Below are positions 10,621 to 21,325 of a stretch of 64,000 nt of DNA, in pieces; the stretch's first letter is position 1; every line of letters starts with the position of its first letter. Origin of the DNA: an uncultured Deinococcaceae bacterium (GTDB taxonomy: Bacteria > Deinococcota > Deinococci > Deinococcales > Deinococcaceae); the NCBI GenBank assembly GCA_964252075.1, contig CAXULY010000010.1, forward strand, positions 1-64,000. The letters run 5' to 3'. The position numbers and the translations under genes are program-made. The notes under the pieces were generated by a model. That model saw only the letters and a program-made list of their open reading frames with translations. It was not told where the DNA came from and searched no databases.

Positions 10621-12516
10621 GTGGTCTGGCCTCCTTCTTTTCGTGCACGCACCGTCACCAAGACCCGCTCCCTGACCCTGCTGGCCCTGCTGAGCCTCGG
10701 CGCGGCCCTCGCGCGACCCGTGGCGGTGCAGGGCGGCGTGCTGCACCCCGTCATCGAAACCAAGGTGCTGCCGTCCGGCCGCGAGGGGCTGCCCGTGTGG
10801 TTCCTGGCGCGCCTGAACGTCACCGTGCTGAACCAGCCGGACATGCTGCGCCTGGAGTACGGCGCGCGCCGCCTGCAGTTCACTGACAACAGCTGGCAGG
10901 CGGCGGGCTTCACCGCGCAGACGCGCCTGCCCGCACCGGAGACCTACGCCGGCAGCCTGCACATCAGCCTGGACGTGCTGCGCGCGCTGGGCGTGCCCAT
11001 CCTGGCGGACACACCGGACGTGCTGGACTTCTCGGGCGCGCCCGCCTCCCCCACCGCGCCCCCTCCCTCCCCTCCCGTCACGCCGCCCGCATCCGTGACG
11101 CCGACGTCCCCACCGGCGCCCTCCACCCCGCCCGCCGCGAGCCCCACGCCCACCAGTCCGCCCGCCGTGACCCCGCCGGGGAGCGGCAGCCAGCTGGGCG
11201 TCATCCGGTCGAGCCGCCGCGTGGACCGCAACCTGGAGGTGCAGCGGGTGGTGCTGGAATTCAGCGCGCCCGTCGCGTTCACGCAATCGACCGACAAGAC
11301 CGGTCTGAACCTGCGCCTGCCCGGCGTGGCGGGCGCGCCCAGCAGCCAGAAGCTGGAGTCGGGCGACACCCTCAGCATCACGGCGGCGCCGGGGGGGCTC
11401 AGCGCGCGCCTCACCACGGGCGGCGGCACCAGCACGGTGTTCACCCTGCAGAACCCCTTCCGCATCGTGGTGGACACCACCACGAACCTCAAGCCGTCCG
11501 TGCCGCCCCCACCGGACGCCGCGAAGCGCCCGCCGGGCGTGACGGAGCGGACCTCCGGGAAGCTGCACATGGTGAGTTTCGACCCGGCGCTGTACCAGGC
11601 GCACGTGGTGAGCGCGCCGCTGGGCAGCGCGATGGGCGTCGCGGACCTCGTCACGCGGGCGGGCGGCGTGGCGGGCATGAACGGCGGGTACTTCGACCCC
11701 GCCAGCAGCCTCCCCGTGGACCTGGTGGCGCAGGGGGGGCTGATGCTGGCCCCCAGCCTGGAGCGCCGCGCGACGCTCGGCCTGGACGCCCAGGGCGGCG
11801 CCATCTACGGCTACCCGCGCCCCCGCTACGTGGTGTCGGGCGCGTGGGGTGACCTGACCGTGAACACCGTCACCGCGCGTCCCAACCCGAACCTGCTGAC
11901 GCTGTTCGTCGGGGACGGGCGCACGCCCGCGGGCGGCGCGACGCTGCTCACCCTCACGGTGAGCGGCCCGCCGGGCGCGGCGGGCGGGACGGTGCTGCGC
12001 GCGCAGACGGGCGTGTTCGTGCCGGGCGCGGGCGACCTCACCCTGACCTTCGACCCGGAACGCTACCCGCAACTGCCGCGCACGCCCGGCACGCCGCTGG
12101 CCCTCAGCCTGAACTGGCGCGTACCGGGCTGGGACGGCGTGCAGGAGGCGGTTTCGGCGGGCCCGCTGCTGGTGTCGGGCGGGCGGGTGGTGCTGGACCC
12201 GCTGAAGGAGGGCTTCAACACCCTCACGAACGTGTGGCGCCCCACGCGGCAGGTGGCCTTCGGAACGCTCCAGGGGCAGCCCACCCTCTTCTATTACGAG
12301 TTCGGGACGCCCGAGGACTTCGCGCGGGCGCTGGCCGCAGCGGGCGTCACGGACGCCCTGCGCATGGACAGCGGCTCGAGCGCCACGGTCTTCTACGCGG
12401 GCGGGTACCTGAACACCGTGTGGAGTCGCCCGGTGGTGAACGCCATCGTGATGGTGCCGCGCGCGCAGGGTCAGGGCCGCGCCGGGCAGGCGGACGGCGC
12501 GGGCGGCGCCCGGTGA
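10621..12516 (+). CDS. Phosphodiester glycosidase (NAGPA) family secreted protein with a Pro-rich linker
   Basis: NGGYF, AGPLL and RMDSGSSAT motifs; signal peptide; TACACT-7 nt-GTG start. Confidence 0.8.
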   Translation: MVWPPSFRARTVTKTRSLTLLALLSLGAALARPVAVQGGVLHPVIETKVLPSGREGLPVWFLARLNVTVLNQPDMLRLEYGARRLQFTDNSWQAAGFTAQTRLPAPETYAGSLHISLDVLRALGVPILADTPDVLDFSGAPASPTAPPPSPPVTPPASVTPTSPPAPSTPPAASPTPTSPPAVTPPGSGSQLGVIRSSRRVDRNLEVQRVVLEFSAPVAFTQSTDKTGLNLRLPGVAGAPSSQKLESGDTLSITAAPGGLSARLTTGGGTSTVFTLQNPFRIVVDTTTNLKPSVPPPPDAAKRPPGVTERTSGKLHMVSFDPALYQAHVVSAPLGSAMGVADLVTRAGGVAGMNGGYFDPASSLPVDLVAQGGLMLAPSLERRATLGLDAQGGAIYGYPRPRYVVSGAWGDLTVNTVTARPNPNLLTLFVGDGRTPAGGATLLTLTVSGPPGAAGGTVLRAQTGVFVPGAGDLTLTFDPERYPQLPRTPGTPLALSLNWRVPGWDGVQEAVSAGPLLVSGGRVVLDPLKEGFNTLTNVWRPTRQVAFGTLQGQPTLFYYEFGTPEDFARALAAAGVTDALRMDSGSSATVFYAGGYLNTVWSRPVVNAIVMVPRAQGQGRAGQADGAGGAR

Positions 12517-12579
12517 TCTGTGGGCCTGGCTTCAGGCTCAGGTGGTTCATTTGCTAAACTGTGGTCCTGGAGGTGGCCC

Positions 12580-13023
12580 ATGAAAGGCCCAGCCATCGAT
12601 ATCCTGCTCGTAGACGACAATCCGGGAGATGTGCTGCTCACCACTGAGGCCTTCGCGGACGCTCAGTTCGCCAGCCGCATTCACAGCGTGGAGGACGGCC
12701 GCGAGGCCCTGGCCTTCCTGAGCCGCGAGGGCCGCTTTCAGAACGCGCCGCTCCCGGACCTGATTCTCCTGGACCTCAACATGCCGCGCATGAGCGGGCA
12801 TGAGGTGCTGGACGTGCTGAAGCGCGACGAGCGCTGGCGGCGCATCCCCGTGGTGGTGCTCACCAGTTCCAGCGCGGAGGCGGACGTGCTGCGCTCGTAC
12901 GACTCGCACGCGAACTGCTACATCTGCAAGCCCACGCACTACGACCATTACTTCGAGGTGGTCCGCTCGGTGGAGGGCTTCTGGCTGAACACCGTGATCC
13001 TGCCCCCCCGCCCCGTCGCCTGA
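12580..13023 (+). CDS. Single-domain response regulator (Rcp1/CheY-like)
   Basis: ILLVDDNPGD, LLDLNMPRMSG, VVLTSS and YICKP motifs; SD GGAGG. Confidence 0.92.
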   Translation: MKGPAIDILLVDDNPGDVLLTTEAFADAQFASRIHSVEDGREALAFLSREGRFQNAPLPDLILLDLNMPRMSGHEVLDVLKRDERWRRIPVVVLTSSSAEADVLRSYDSHANCYICKPTHYDHYFEVVRSVEGFWLNTVILPPRPVA

Positions 13024-13040
13024 ACCGTACGTGCAAGCAG

Positions 13041-13073
13041 AAGGGCCCGCCCCACGCTGGGGCGGGCCCTTTC
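13041..13073. terminator. Bidirectional intrinsic terminator
   Basis: AAGGGCCCGCCCC / GGGGCGGGCCCTTT between convergent genes. Confidence 0.7.
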
Positions 13074-13080
13074 CCTGCGC

Positions 13081-14043
13081 TCAGTGGCGGCTGAGCAGTT
13101 CGGCCTCGCGTTCCGGCGTGAGCTGACCTTCACGGATGGACTGGCCCTGCGCCCACGCGAGCACGTCGCGCGCCGTCTCTGCCGGGTCGCGGTGCGGCAG
13201 TCCGGCGGCGAAGGCGCGTTCGGTGGACACGTTCATGAGGCCCTCCATGCCGCTGGAGCGCGGCACGAACAGCGGCAGCTCATTCCAGCCGATGCCGCTT
13301 CCCTCCAGGACGCCCGTCTCCACCCAGTGCAGGTCAGGGGTGGCGCCCACGCCCCGCGCGACGTGCGTCAGGAAGTCCCGCCAGGTGTACGCGGCGCCCA
13401 CCGCGTTGTACACGCCGCCCTGGTCCTGGGTGAGCAGGTGCAGCGTGAACGCCGCGAGGTCCCGGGCGTCCACGTACTGCACGAGGTCCAGGCCGTCACC
13501 GGGCGCCAGCACCTGCCCGCCCTGCGCGAGGCGCAGCGGCCAGTAGGTGTAGCGGCCCGTGGGGTCGTAGGGGCCCGCCACGATGTCGGGGCGCACGATG
13601 GTGGTGCGCTCGCCGAAGACCGCCTGCACGGCGCGTTCGCACAACACCTTCAGGCCGCCGTAGGCCTCCCCGATGTTCTCCGTGGTGGGGTCCGGCAGCT
13701 CAATGAGGGCGGACTCCTCGGTGATGGGCGCCGCCGAGAAGTCTGCGTAGACGCTCACGGTGCTGATGAACAGGTACCGCCCCACCGACCGCGCGAGCGC
13801 CTCGGCGCTGGCGCGCACCACGCGCGGCAGGTACCCGGAGACGTCCACGCAGGCGTCCCAGGTGCGGCCCTCCAGCGCGCTGAGGTCGCTGCCGCGGTCG
13901 CCGTGCAGGCGCTCCACCTCGTCGGGCAGTTCGTCCGGCGTGCGCCCGCGCGTGAAGGTGGTGACGCGGTGCCCCGCCGCGAGCGCCGCGAGGACGATGT
14001 GGCGTCCCACGAACTGCGTGCCGCCCAGAACCAGAATGTTCAT
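13081..14043 (-). CDS. NAD-dependent epimerase/dehydratase family protein
   Basis: GGTQFVG Rossmann motif and YGGLK. Confidence 0.88.
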   Translation of the reverse strand: MNILVLGGTQFVGRHIVLAALAAGHRVTTFTRGRTPDELPDEVERLHGDRGSDLSALEGRTWDACVDVSGYLPRVVRASAEALARSVGRYLFISTVSVYADFSAAPITEESALIELPDPTTENIGEAYGGLKVLCERAVQAVFGERTTIVRPDIVAGPYDPTGRYTYWPLRLAQGGQVLAPGDGLDLVQYVDARDLAAFTLHLLTQDQGGVYNAVGAAYTWRDFLTHVARGVGATPDLHWVETGVLEGSGIGWNELPLFVPRSSGMEGLMNVSTERAFAAGLPHRDPAETARDVLAWAQGQSIREGQLTPEREAELLSRH

Positions 14044-14128
14044 GCGCCGAGGCTACCAGCCGCGCCATGACAAATTCCAGGGTGTTCCCTGAAAACCGGC
14101 GGCGCGCGAAGCTGCTAGCGTGGCGGGC

Positions 14129-14422
14129 ATGAAGATCCGCTGGAGTGCCCGCCGCGTGCGCCTGCGCCTGGATGACCTGGAGGTGGGCGCGCTGCAGCGC
14201 GGCGAGGCCGTGACCGAGACGCTCGCGTGGCCGGACCTGGGCTGGGTGGTGCGCGTGCAGGTGGGGGACGCCACGCAAGTGGCCGCGGGGGGCGGCGCAC
14301 TGAGCGTGCAGCTCAGCGCGGCGGACCTCGCGGCGCTGGGCGCGGACGAGGACGGCCTGACCCTCACGGGCGCCGTGCGGGTGCAGGTGCAGCAGGATTA
14401 CCGGCCCGAGCACGCCCGCTGA
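14129..14422 (+). CDS. Hypothetical protein
   Basis: Leaderless start TAGCGT-7 nt-ATG; high-GC3 codon usage. Confidence 0.6.
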   Translation: MKIRWSARRVRLRLDDLEVGALQRGEAVTETLAWPDLGWVVRVQVGDATQVAAGGGALSVQLSAADLAALGADEDGLTLTGAVRVQVQQDYRPEHAR

Positions 14423-14425
14423 CGG

Positions 14426-15520
14426 TCAGCGGCGCGCGTACCGCCCGCCCGGCTGCTCGTCAATGAGGCCCGAGAGTTGCAGCATCACGAGCGCCATCTG
14501 CGCGGCGGGCACGTCGAGGCCCGCGCGGTGCGCCACGTCGTCCAGCGTGAGGGGCGTGTCCAGCGCCGCCCAGGCGCGCTGCTGCTCCGGGGGGAGGTCC
14601 GGCGCGGGCAGGGGCGCGGCGCCGCGCCAGTGCAGCTCCTGGAAGATGTCCTCGGCGCCCTCCGTGAGGACCGCGCCCTCACGCAGCAGGCGGTGCGGTC
14701 CGGCCGCCATGGGGTCACCGGCGCGGCCCGGCACGGCGAAGACCGTGCGTCCGCACTCCAGGGCTGCACCCGCCGTGATCATGGCGCCGCTTTTCAGGTC
14801 GCCCTCCACGATCACGGAGCCCGCGCTGAGGGCCGCAATAATGCGGTTGCGGCCGGGGAAGTTGTGCGCGTTGGGCGGCGTGCCGAGCGGGTGCTCACTC
14901 ACGAGCGGCAGCTGCGTGGCGAGCGCGCGGTTCTCCGGCGGGTACACGACGTCCACCCCGCAGCCCAGCACGGCGAGCGTGCGGCCGCCCGCCTCCAGCG
15001 TGGCCTTGTGCGCGGCGGTGTCAATGCCGCGCGCGAAGCCGGACACGACGATCACGTCCGCGCGGGCGAGGTCACCCGCGAGCTGGCGCGTGAGGGCCAG
15101 GGCGTGCGGGCTGGCGCGCCGCGTGCCCACGATGCCGATGGCGCGCGGCACGACCGCGAGTTCCAGCAGGGCGCCGCGCACCCACAGCACGGCGGGCGGG
15201 TCGGGCAGCGCCTCGAGCGCCTCCGGGTAGCCGGGCAGGCCCCGACCAAGCAGGGTGTGCCCGGCGCGCTGCACGCTGTCCAGTTCGCGCTGGGCGCGGG
15301 CGGCGGCTTCGGGCGTCCCGAGCGCGGCGGCGCTGCGGCTGTCGAGGCCCTCCACCTGCCGCCAAGCGCCCAGGCCTGCCTGGAGGGCGGCGGTGGCGCT
15401 CCCGAAGTGCCGCCGGAGCAGCTCAATGCGGCGCGGGCCGAGCTGCGGCGTGAAGCGCAGGGTAAGCAGGGCCAGTAGTTCGCTGTGGTTGGGGTCGGCC
15501 CGGTGCGGGTCGGCGGTCAT
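14426..15520 (-). CDS. dprA: DNA-processing protein DprA
   Basis: [33 protein letters not shown] and VFAVPG motifs. Confidence 0.95.
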   Translation of the reverse strand: MTADPHRADPNHSELLALLTLRFTPQLGPRRIELLRRHFGSATAALQAGLGAWRQVEGLDSRSAAALGTPEAAARAQRELDSVQRAGHTLLGRGLPGYPEALEALPDPPAVLWVRGALLELAVVPRAIGIVGTRRASPHALALTRQLAGDLARADVIVVSGFARGIDTAAHKATLEAGGRTLAVLGCGVDVVYPPENRALATQLPLVSEHPLGTPPNAHNFPGRNRIIAALSAGSVIVEGDLKSGAMITAGAALECGRTVFAVPGRAGDPMAAGPHRLLREGAVLTEGAEDIFQELHWRGAAPLPAPDLPPEQQRAWAALDTPLTLDDVAHRAGLDVPAAQMALVMLQLSGLIDEQPGGRYARR

Positions 15521-15533
15521 GACGGGCAGCGTA

Positions 15534-16508
15534 TCAGGGGGCGGGCGGCGTCCAGCCGAAAACCGACACGTTGAGGTACCCGAGGGCGCGCAGCGTCGCG
15601 AGTTGCGAGTCGAGGGGCGGCAGGCCGGGTCCCACCTTGACGCCGGGCCACACGCCCTCGCCGCGCGGCCAGCCGATCAGCGCGAGGGGGTACAGGGCGT
15701 TCGCGGGGAAGTAGAACATGGGCATGGCGGCCTGCAAGCCCGTCCAGTCCTGCCAGCGCTGCAGGGGGTCCGCGCCGCCGTACACAGCGGCCGTGACGCG
15801 GCCCTGGCCGCCCGCGCCGCGGTACGCGCCGATCAGGCGGCGCGCGAGGGCGGTGACGAGGCCCTGGCGGTACGCGGTCCACTGCGCGAGGAGGGGGTCG
15901 CCGGGGTCGTCGCCGCGCGGCGGGCGCAGGGTGCGGGGGTCGGCGCCGAAGCGCGCGGTGAAGTCCCTGACGGCGGTGGGGTGGTATCCGAAGTCCGCCT
16001 CGCGCGGGTAGCGCAGGTAGTCGAGGTGCAGTCCGACGTCCGGGTAGCGGGTGGCGAGGTCGCGTACGACGCGCTCCATGATGGCGCCCACCTCGGGGTC
16101 GGCGGGGTCCACGAAGCCCAGCTTGCTGACCGCGAGGCTGGGCTGCCCTTCGCGCGAGAGGGTGGCGTAGCGGTCCTGCCACAGCGGCGTGACGGGAATG
16201 CCGAACTCCGGGGCGGGCCGCCAGTACGTGACCTCCACCCACGCGGAGAGGCGCAGGCCCAGTTGCCGCGCGAGGGGCGCGGCGACGGCGAGCGCGTCGT
16301 AGGTGAGTTTAGGGGGGGCGGCGTCGGTGGTCCAGGCCGCGCGGCCGTGGTAGAAGCCCTCGAGCAGCACGTCCGTGAAGCCCGCCTGTTTCGCGGCCTG
16401 CAGTTCGCGCGTGAGGGCCTGGGGGGTGGCGGGGGGGCGCAGCCACACGGCGGTGTCGGCCAGCGACCACGACGCGAGGCTCAGCAGGCAGGCGAGGAGC
16501 AGGCGCAT
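15534..16508 (-). CDS. Glycosyl hydrolase-like 10 family protein
   Basis: Signal peptide; FVDPADPEV and [10 protein letters not shown] motifs. Confidence 0.75.
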   Translation of the reverse strand: MRLLLACLLSLASWSLADTAVWLRPPATPQALTRELQAAKQAGFTDVLLEGFYHGRAAWTTDAAPPKLTYDALAVAAPLARQLGLRLSAWVEVTYWRPAPEFGIPVTPLWQDRYATLSREGQPSLAVSKLGFVDPADPEVGAIMERVVRDLATRYPDVGLHLDYLRYPREADFGYHPTAVRDFTARFGADPRTLRPPRGDDPGDPLLAQWTAYRQGLVTALARRLIGAYRGAGGQGRVTAAVYGGADPLQRWQDWTGLQAAMPMFYFPANALYPLALIGWPRGEGVWPGVKVGPGLPPLDSQLATLRALGYLNVSVFGWTPPAP

Positions 16509-16562
16509 GCCTGGAGGCTAGCAGGGGGGCCTGATGTGGTGCTGAGCGGGGCGCCTCGCCGC

Positions 16563-16605
16563 TTGACACCCCGCGCGGCCCGGTCTTAAGATGTGACCGT
16601 TCACA
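16563..16605 (+). promoter_or_regulatory. Sigma70 promoter with overlapping LacI-type operator
   Basis: TTGACA-18-TAAGAT, then the palindrome TGTGACCGTTCACA (16592-16605). Confidence 0.7.
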
Positions 16606-16693
16606 CGAAAGGTCACCGCCGGTCCCAGGGCCGGCCTCGCGCCGCCCCTGCGTCCCGCGAGGCCCTCCGGGACGCCCGCACCGTTCAGAAGGG

Positions 16694-18625
16694 ATGCCCT
16701 TGACCGTCTCCCCGGACCCCGCGCTGCACCGGCCGCCCACCCTCAACCAGGTGGGGCTGCACGACCACTTCTGGGCGCCGCGCGTCCTGGCGAACCGCGC
16801 GCACACCATCCCCTTCCTGTACGCGCAGCTGGAGCGGGCGGGCTCCATCGAGGCCTTCGACCTGCCGCGCTACGCCGAGCGCGGCGTGGTGATCCCCAAG
16901 AACCACCACGTCACGCCGCAGATGTGGTGGGACAGCGACGTCGCGAAATGGATCGAGTCCGCCAGCTATTCGCTCGTCACGCACCCGGACCCCACCCTGG
17001 ACGCGCAGATTGACGACGTGATCGCGCGCATCGCGGGCGCGCAGCAGCCGGACGGGTACCTGAACACGTACTTCACGGCCATCGAGCCGGAGCGGCGCCT
17101 CACGAACGAACGCGACTGGCACGAACTGTACAACGCCGGGCACCTGATCGAGGCGGCCGTCGCGCACTTCCAGGCGACCGGCAAGACCAGCCTGCTGGAC
17201 GTGGTGGAGCGCTACGCCGCGTACCTCCGGACGGTGTACGGCCCGAACCCCGGACAGCGGCCCGGCTACCCCGGCCACCAGGAGATCGAGCTGGGCCTGC
17301 TGCGCCTGTACCGCGCGACGGGGCGGCGCGAGCACCTGGACTTCGCGCGCTACTTCCTCGACCAGCGCGGGCGGCAGCCGAACTACTTCGAGCTGGAGGC
17401 GCAGGCGCGCGCGGACGACACCTCGCCCTTCTGGGCGGAGACCTTCGAGTACATGCAGGCGCACGCGCCCGTGCGGGAGCAGGACACCGTGGTGGGGCAC
17501 GCGGTGCGCGCCATGTACATGTACGCCGCGATGGCGGACCTCGCCGCGGAGGACGGCGACCCCGAGCTGCGTGCCGCGTGCGAGCGGCTGTGGGACGACC
17601 TCACGCAGCACAGCCTGTACATCACGGGCGGGCTGGGGCCGTCCGCGCACAACGAGGGCATGACCGCGCCCTACGACCTCCCGAACGACACCGCGTACGC
17701 CGAGACCTGCGCGGCGGTGGGCCTCGTGTTCTGGGCGCGGCGCATGGCGGCCCTCACGGGCGAGGCGCGCTACGCGGACGTGATGGAGCGCGCGCTGTAC
17801 AACAACGTGCTGGCGGGCATCTCGCTGGAGGGCGACCGCTTCTTCTACGAGAACCCGCTGGAGAGCCACGGGCAGCACCGCCGCTGGGCGTGGCACGCCT
17901 GCCCGTGCTGCCCGCCGAACGTGTCGCGCCTGCTGGCGTCGCTCGGTGAGTACATCTACAGCACCAGCGCGGACGAGGTGACGGTGAACCTGTTCGTCGC
18001 GAGCGACCTGCGGGCGACCGTGGCGGGCCGCGCGCTGACCCTCACGCAGCGCACCGAGTACCCCTGGGACGGCACCGTCACGCTGGAGGTCGGCCTGGAC
18101 GCGCCCGCCGAGCTGGCCGTGCGCCTGCGCGTGCCCGGCTGGTGCCAGGGCGCGACCCTCACGGTGAACGGTGAGGCCGTGGATGCCGGGGCGCACCTGG
18201 ACCGCGGGTACCTGCTCCTGCGGCGCGAGTGGCGCGGCGGGGACCGCCTGGAACTCACGCTGCCCATGCCGGTGGAGCGCGTGTACACGCGGCCCGAGGT
18301 GCGGCAGGACGCCGGACTGGTGGCCATCCAGCGCGGGCCGCTGGTGTACTGCGCCGAGGGCCTCGACCAGGGTGCAGAGCTGCACCGCCTCAGCGTGCCG
18401 CGCGGCGCGGCCATCGGCACCCGGCACGACCCGGACCTGCTGGGCGGCGTGACGGTCGTGGAGGCTGACGCGCGCCAGGATGCCGCGTCGGATTGGGGCG
18501 CGGACCTGTACCGCACGGCGCCACCCGCCACCGAACCCGCCCGCCTGACGCTCATTCCCTACGCGGTGTGGGACCACCGAGGCGCGTCCCCCATGCGCGT
18601 GTGGCTGCGCGAGGGCGTGGGCTGA
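16694..18625 (+). CDS. GH127 beta-L-arabinofuranosidase family
   Basis: DSDVAKWIE, HELYNAGH, GHQEIE, GHAVRA, AETCAA and CPCCPPN motifs. Confidence 0.93.
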   Translation: MPLTVSPDPALHRPPTLNQVGLHDHFWAPRVLANRAHTIPFLYAQLERAGSIEAFDLPRYAERGVVIPKNHHVTPQMWWDSDVAKWIESASYSLVTHPDPTLDAQIDDVIARIAGAQQPDGYLNTYFTAIEPERRLTNERDWHELYNAGHLIEAAVAHFQATGKTSLLDVVERYAAYLRTVYGPNPGQRPGYPGHQEIELGLLRLYRATGRREHLDFARYFLDQRGRQPNYFELEAQARADDTSPFWAETFEYMQAHAPVREQDTVVGHAVRAMYMYAAMADLAAEDGDPELRAACERLWDDLTQHSLYITGGLGPSAHNEGMTAPYDLPNDTAYAETCAAVGLVFWARRMAALTGEARYADVMERALYNNVLAGISLEGDRFFYENPLESHGQHRRWAWHACPCCPPNVSRLLASLGEYIYSTSADEVTVNLFVASDLRATVAGRALTLTQRTEYPWDGTVTLEVGLDAPAELAVRLRVPGWCQGATLTVNGEAVDAGAHLDRGYLLLRREWRGGDRLELTLPMPVERVYTRPEVRQDAGLVAIQRGPLVYCAEGLDQGAELHRLSVPRGAAIGTRHDPDLLGGVTVVEADARQDAASDWGADLYRTAPPATEPARLTLIPYAVWDHRGASPMRVWLREGVG

Positions 18626-18668
18626 CATGAGCGCGCGGCCTTGCCGAGCCCCTGAACGCCCCGCGGGC

Positions 18669-19853
18669 TCAGGGGCCCGGCAGGGCCGCGCTCACGAAGG
18701 CCTGCCGCACCGCGAGGCTGGCCGCGCCGCGCGCCCACACGTCGTCGCCCCAGGTTTCGGTCACGACGCGCAGGTTCCGCGCCAGGGGCGGGTACGCGTG
18801 CGCGAGGAGTTCGCGGTGCATGGCGCCGAAGTACGCGTCGCCCAGGCGCACACCCTCCCCACCGATCACCAGCAGTTCGGGGTTCAGGGTGTTCACGAGG
18901 TGACTGAGGCCGCGCCCCAGGCGGGTGCCGCCATCCGCGAGCAGCGCGCTCACCCCGGGGTCTCCCTGCGCGGCGAGGGCGGCCAGGTCGGCGACCGTGA
19001 GCGGCGCGAGGTCGGGCCGCGCGTCCGTGAGGCACGCGAGGAGGCCCTCCTCGGAGGCGTAGGCTTCCAGGCAGCCGCGCTGCCCGCAGCCACAGGGGCG
19101 GCCGTCCGGTTCGCTCAGCAGGTGCCCGATCTCGCCCGCGCCGCTGCCGGAGCCGCGGTACAGTTCACCGCTCAGCACGAGGCCCGCCCCGATGCCCTGC
19201 CCCACGATGACCACCACGAAGTTCTCGACGCGCCGCCCGTGCCCGAACAGCGCCTGCGCGGCGGCGAAGGCGTTCGCGTCGTTGTCGATCCAGGTGGGAA
19301 TGCCCGTGCGCGCGGTGACCATCTGCGCGAAGGGCACGTCCTGCCAGCCGAGGCGCGGCGCGCGCACGGACACGCCGCGTGCGGCGTCCACCACGCCGCC
19401 CATCCCAACGCCCACCCCGATCACCTTCTGGGGGGGCACGCCCTGCCCGGCGATGAGGGTGCGGGCGGCCTGCGCGACCTGATCCGCGACGGCGTCCGGG
19501 TCGCGGGAGGTGGGGATGGGCAGCGTGACCTCGCCGAGCGCGCGGGTAGAGAGGTCCGTGAGGACCGCCTGGAGGTGGTCCGCCATGAGTTTCACGCCGA
19601 TCGCGAAGAACCCCGCGTAGTTGATGTCGAGCGGCACGGGGCGGCGGCCCACGCCGCTCCCCTCCCCCGGCCCGGCGATCAGGAAGCCTTCCTGCAGCAG
19701 GTCGCCCGTGACCTGCGTGACGGCGGCGCCGCTGAGGCCGATCGCGGCGGCGAGTTCCGCGCGGCTGGTGGGGCCGTGGGCGCGCAGGTGGTTGAGCACC
19801 ACACGGCGGTTCTGGGTGCGCACCATGCCCTGATCGCCCTTAATCAGCGACAC
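18669..19853 (-). CDS. ROK-family transcriptional regulator
   Basis: N-terminal HTH, IDNDANA, and GEIGH...CGCGQRGCLE; SD before GTG 19853. Confidence 0.92.
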   Translation of the reverse strand: MSLIKGDQGMVRTQNRRVVLNHLRAHGPTSRAELAAAIGLSGAAVTQVTGDLLQEGFLIAGPGEGSGVGRRPVPLDINYAGFFAIGVKLMADHLQAVLTDLSTRALGEVTLPIPTSRDPDAVADQVAQAARTLIAGQGVPPQKVIGVGVGMGGVVDAARGVSVRAPRLGWQDVPFAQMVTARTGIPTWIDNDANAFAAAQALFGHGRRVENFVVVIVGQGIGAGLVLSGELYRGSGSGAGEIGHLLSEPDGRPCGCGQRGCLEAYASEEGLLACLTDARPDLAPLTVADLAALAAQGDPGVSALLADGGTRLGRGLSHLVNTLNPELLVIGGEGVRLGDAYFGAMHRELLAHAYPPLARNLRVVTETWGDDVWARGAASLAVRQAFVSAALPGP

Positions 19854-19956
19854 GCATTCCCTCCCCTGGGCGGGACAGGGTGGGTTTCGGAGGTGGTCCA
19901 TGCAGGCACGAGCGCGCGACGGGCGTTTCCCTCGGAGGTGGGTTTCGGGGGGCATC

Positions 19957-20003
19957 TTGACACCACGAGCATCACTCTACTATTTTTTAATTCAGTGAAT
20001 TAA
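19957..20003 (+). promoter_or_regulatory. Promoter and probable ROK operator
   Basis: TTGACA at 19957; perfect palindrome TTAATTCA-G-TGAATTAA (19987-20003) between the divergent ROK and ABC genes. Confidence 0.7.
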
Positions 20004-20116
20004 TCAATCCTGTGGGCCGGTTCGCCACCGGGCGCCGTGACTGTCGCGCCGCCAGCGGGCCACGTACACAGCACCCTGCCTTCCCTCGACTGACCCTCCA
20101 CACAAAGGAGCAGACC

Positions 20117-21316
20117 ATGAAGAGAAGCAGCAAGACCCCGCTGACGGCCCTCGCCACCGCCCTGCTGTGCGCCGGAACCGCAGGCGCGCAGACCACCCTG
20201 CAGATCCTCGATTACTTCACCACCAACCCCGTGTACGACAAGGCCCTCGCCGCCGCCATTCAGCGCTACGAGGCCGCCAACCCCGGCGTGAAAATCCAGC
20301 GCACCTCCGTGCAGTTCGGGGACCTCAAGAACAAGATCATCCAGGCGACCGCCACCCGCACCGTCCCGGACATCCTGTTCATCGACAACCCCGACCACCA
20401 GTCCCTCGCCAGCCAGGGCGCCCTCGCGGACATCACGCAGTACGTGAAGACCTCCAAGTACCTCCCGCTGTACGCCAAGGGCCCGCTGAACAGCACCATC
20501 TACCAGGGCAAGAACTACGGCCTGCCGTACATCAGCAACGCCACGGTGCTGTTCTACAACGACGCCATGATGAAAGCGGCGGGCGCGAAACCACCCACCA
20601 CCTGGGACGACCTGCGCGCCACCGCCAAGAAACTCACGACCGCCGACCACTACGGCCTGTGCATGTCCGGCGTGGGCACCGAGGAAGGCACCTTCACCTT
20701 CCTGCCCTTCCTGTGGAGCACCGGCAGCGACCTCAAGAGCTTCGGAGATGCGGCCAGCGTGAAGGCCCTGGCCTACTGGGGCGACCTGTACAAGGACAAG
20801 AGCATCAGCCGCGCCGCCGTGAACTGGACGCAGGGCGACGTGTACCAGCAGTTCACCGCGCAGAAGTGCGCCATGATGATCAACGGCCCCTGGCAGCTCC
20901 CGAACTTCAAGAACGACAAGGTGAGCTTCAAGTGGAACGTCTCCGCGTGGCCGCGCGACAAGCAGCCCGTGTCCATCCTGGGCGGTGAGAACCTCGCGCT
21001 CGGCAACGGCAAGAACGTCGCGGCCGCCTGGAAGTTCGTGTCGTGGCTCATCCAGCCTGAGAACCTCCGGCCCCTGATGGTCGCGGCGGGCAGCATCCCG
21101 AACCGCAGCGACATCGCCAAGGGCTTCACCACCGACCCCATCGTGCAGACCTTCATCAAGGCCGTGAGTGTCGCGAAGCCGCGCGCGTACGGCGCGAAGT
21201 ACCCGCAGGTGAGCGAGCAGGTGTGGACGGCCTTCCAGAGCGTCGCGACCGGCGCCAAGACGCCCGAGAAGGCCGCGCAGGACGCCGCGCAGACCATCAA
21301 GCCGATGCTGCAGTAA
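20117..21316 (+). CDS. Sugar ABC transporter substrate-binding protein
   Basis: SD AAGGAG, signal peptide, LFYND, PPTTWDDL and AMMINGPW motifs. Confidence 0.92.
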   Translation: MKRSSKTPLTALATALLCAGTAGAQTTLQILDYFTTNPVYDKALAAAIQRYEAANPGVKIQRTSVQFGDLKNKIIQATATRTVPDILFIDNPDHQSLASQGALADITQYVKTSKYLPLYAKGPLNSTIYQGKNYGLPYISNATVLFYNDAMMKAAGAKPPTTWDDLRATAKKLTTADHYGLCMSGVGTEEGTFTFLPFLWSTGSDLKSFGDAASVKALAYWGDLYKDKSISRAAVNWTQGDVYQQFTAQKCAMMINGPWQLPNFKNDKVSFKWNVSAWPRDKQPVSILGGENLALGNGKNVAAAWKFVSWLIQPENLRPLMVAAGSIPNRSDIAKGFTTDPIVQTFIKAVSVAKPRAYGAKYPQVSEQVWTAFQSVATGAKTPEKAAQDAAQTIKPMLQ

Positions 21317-21325
21317 GCGACGACC

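Noticed and set aside
11040..11180. C-rich repeat-like tract
   Set aside because: Encodes an ordinary Pro/Thr/Ser linker in the NAGPA-family protein.
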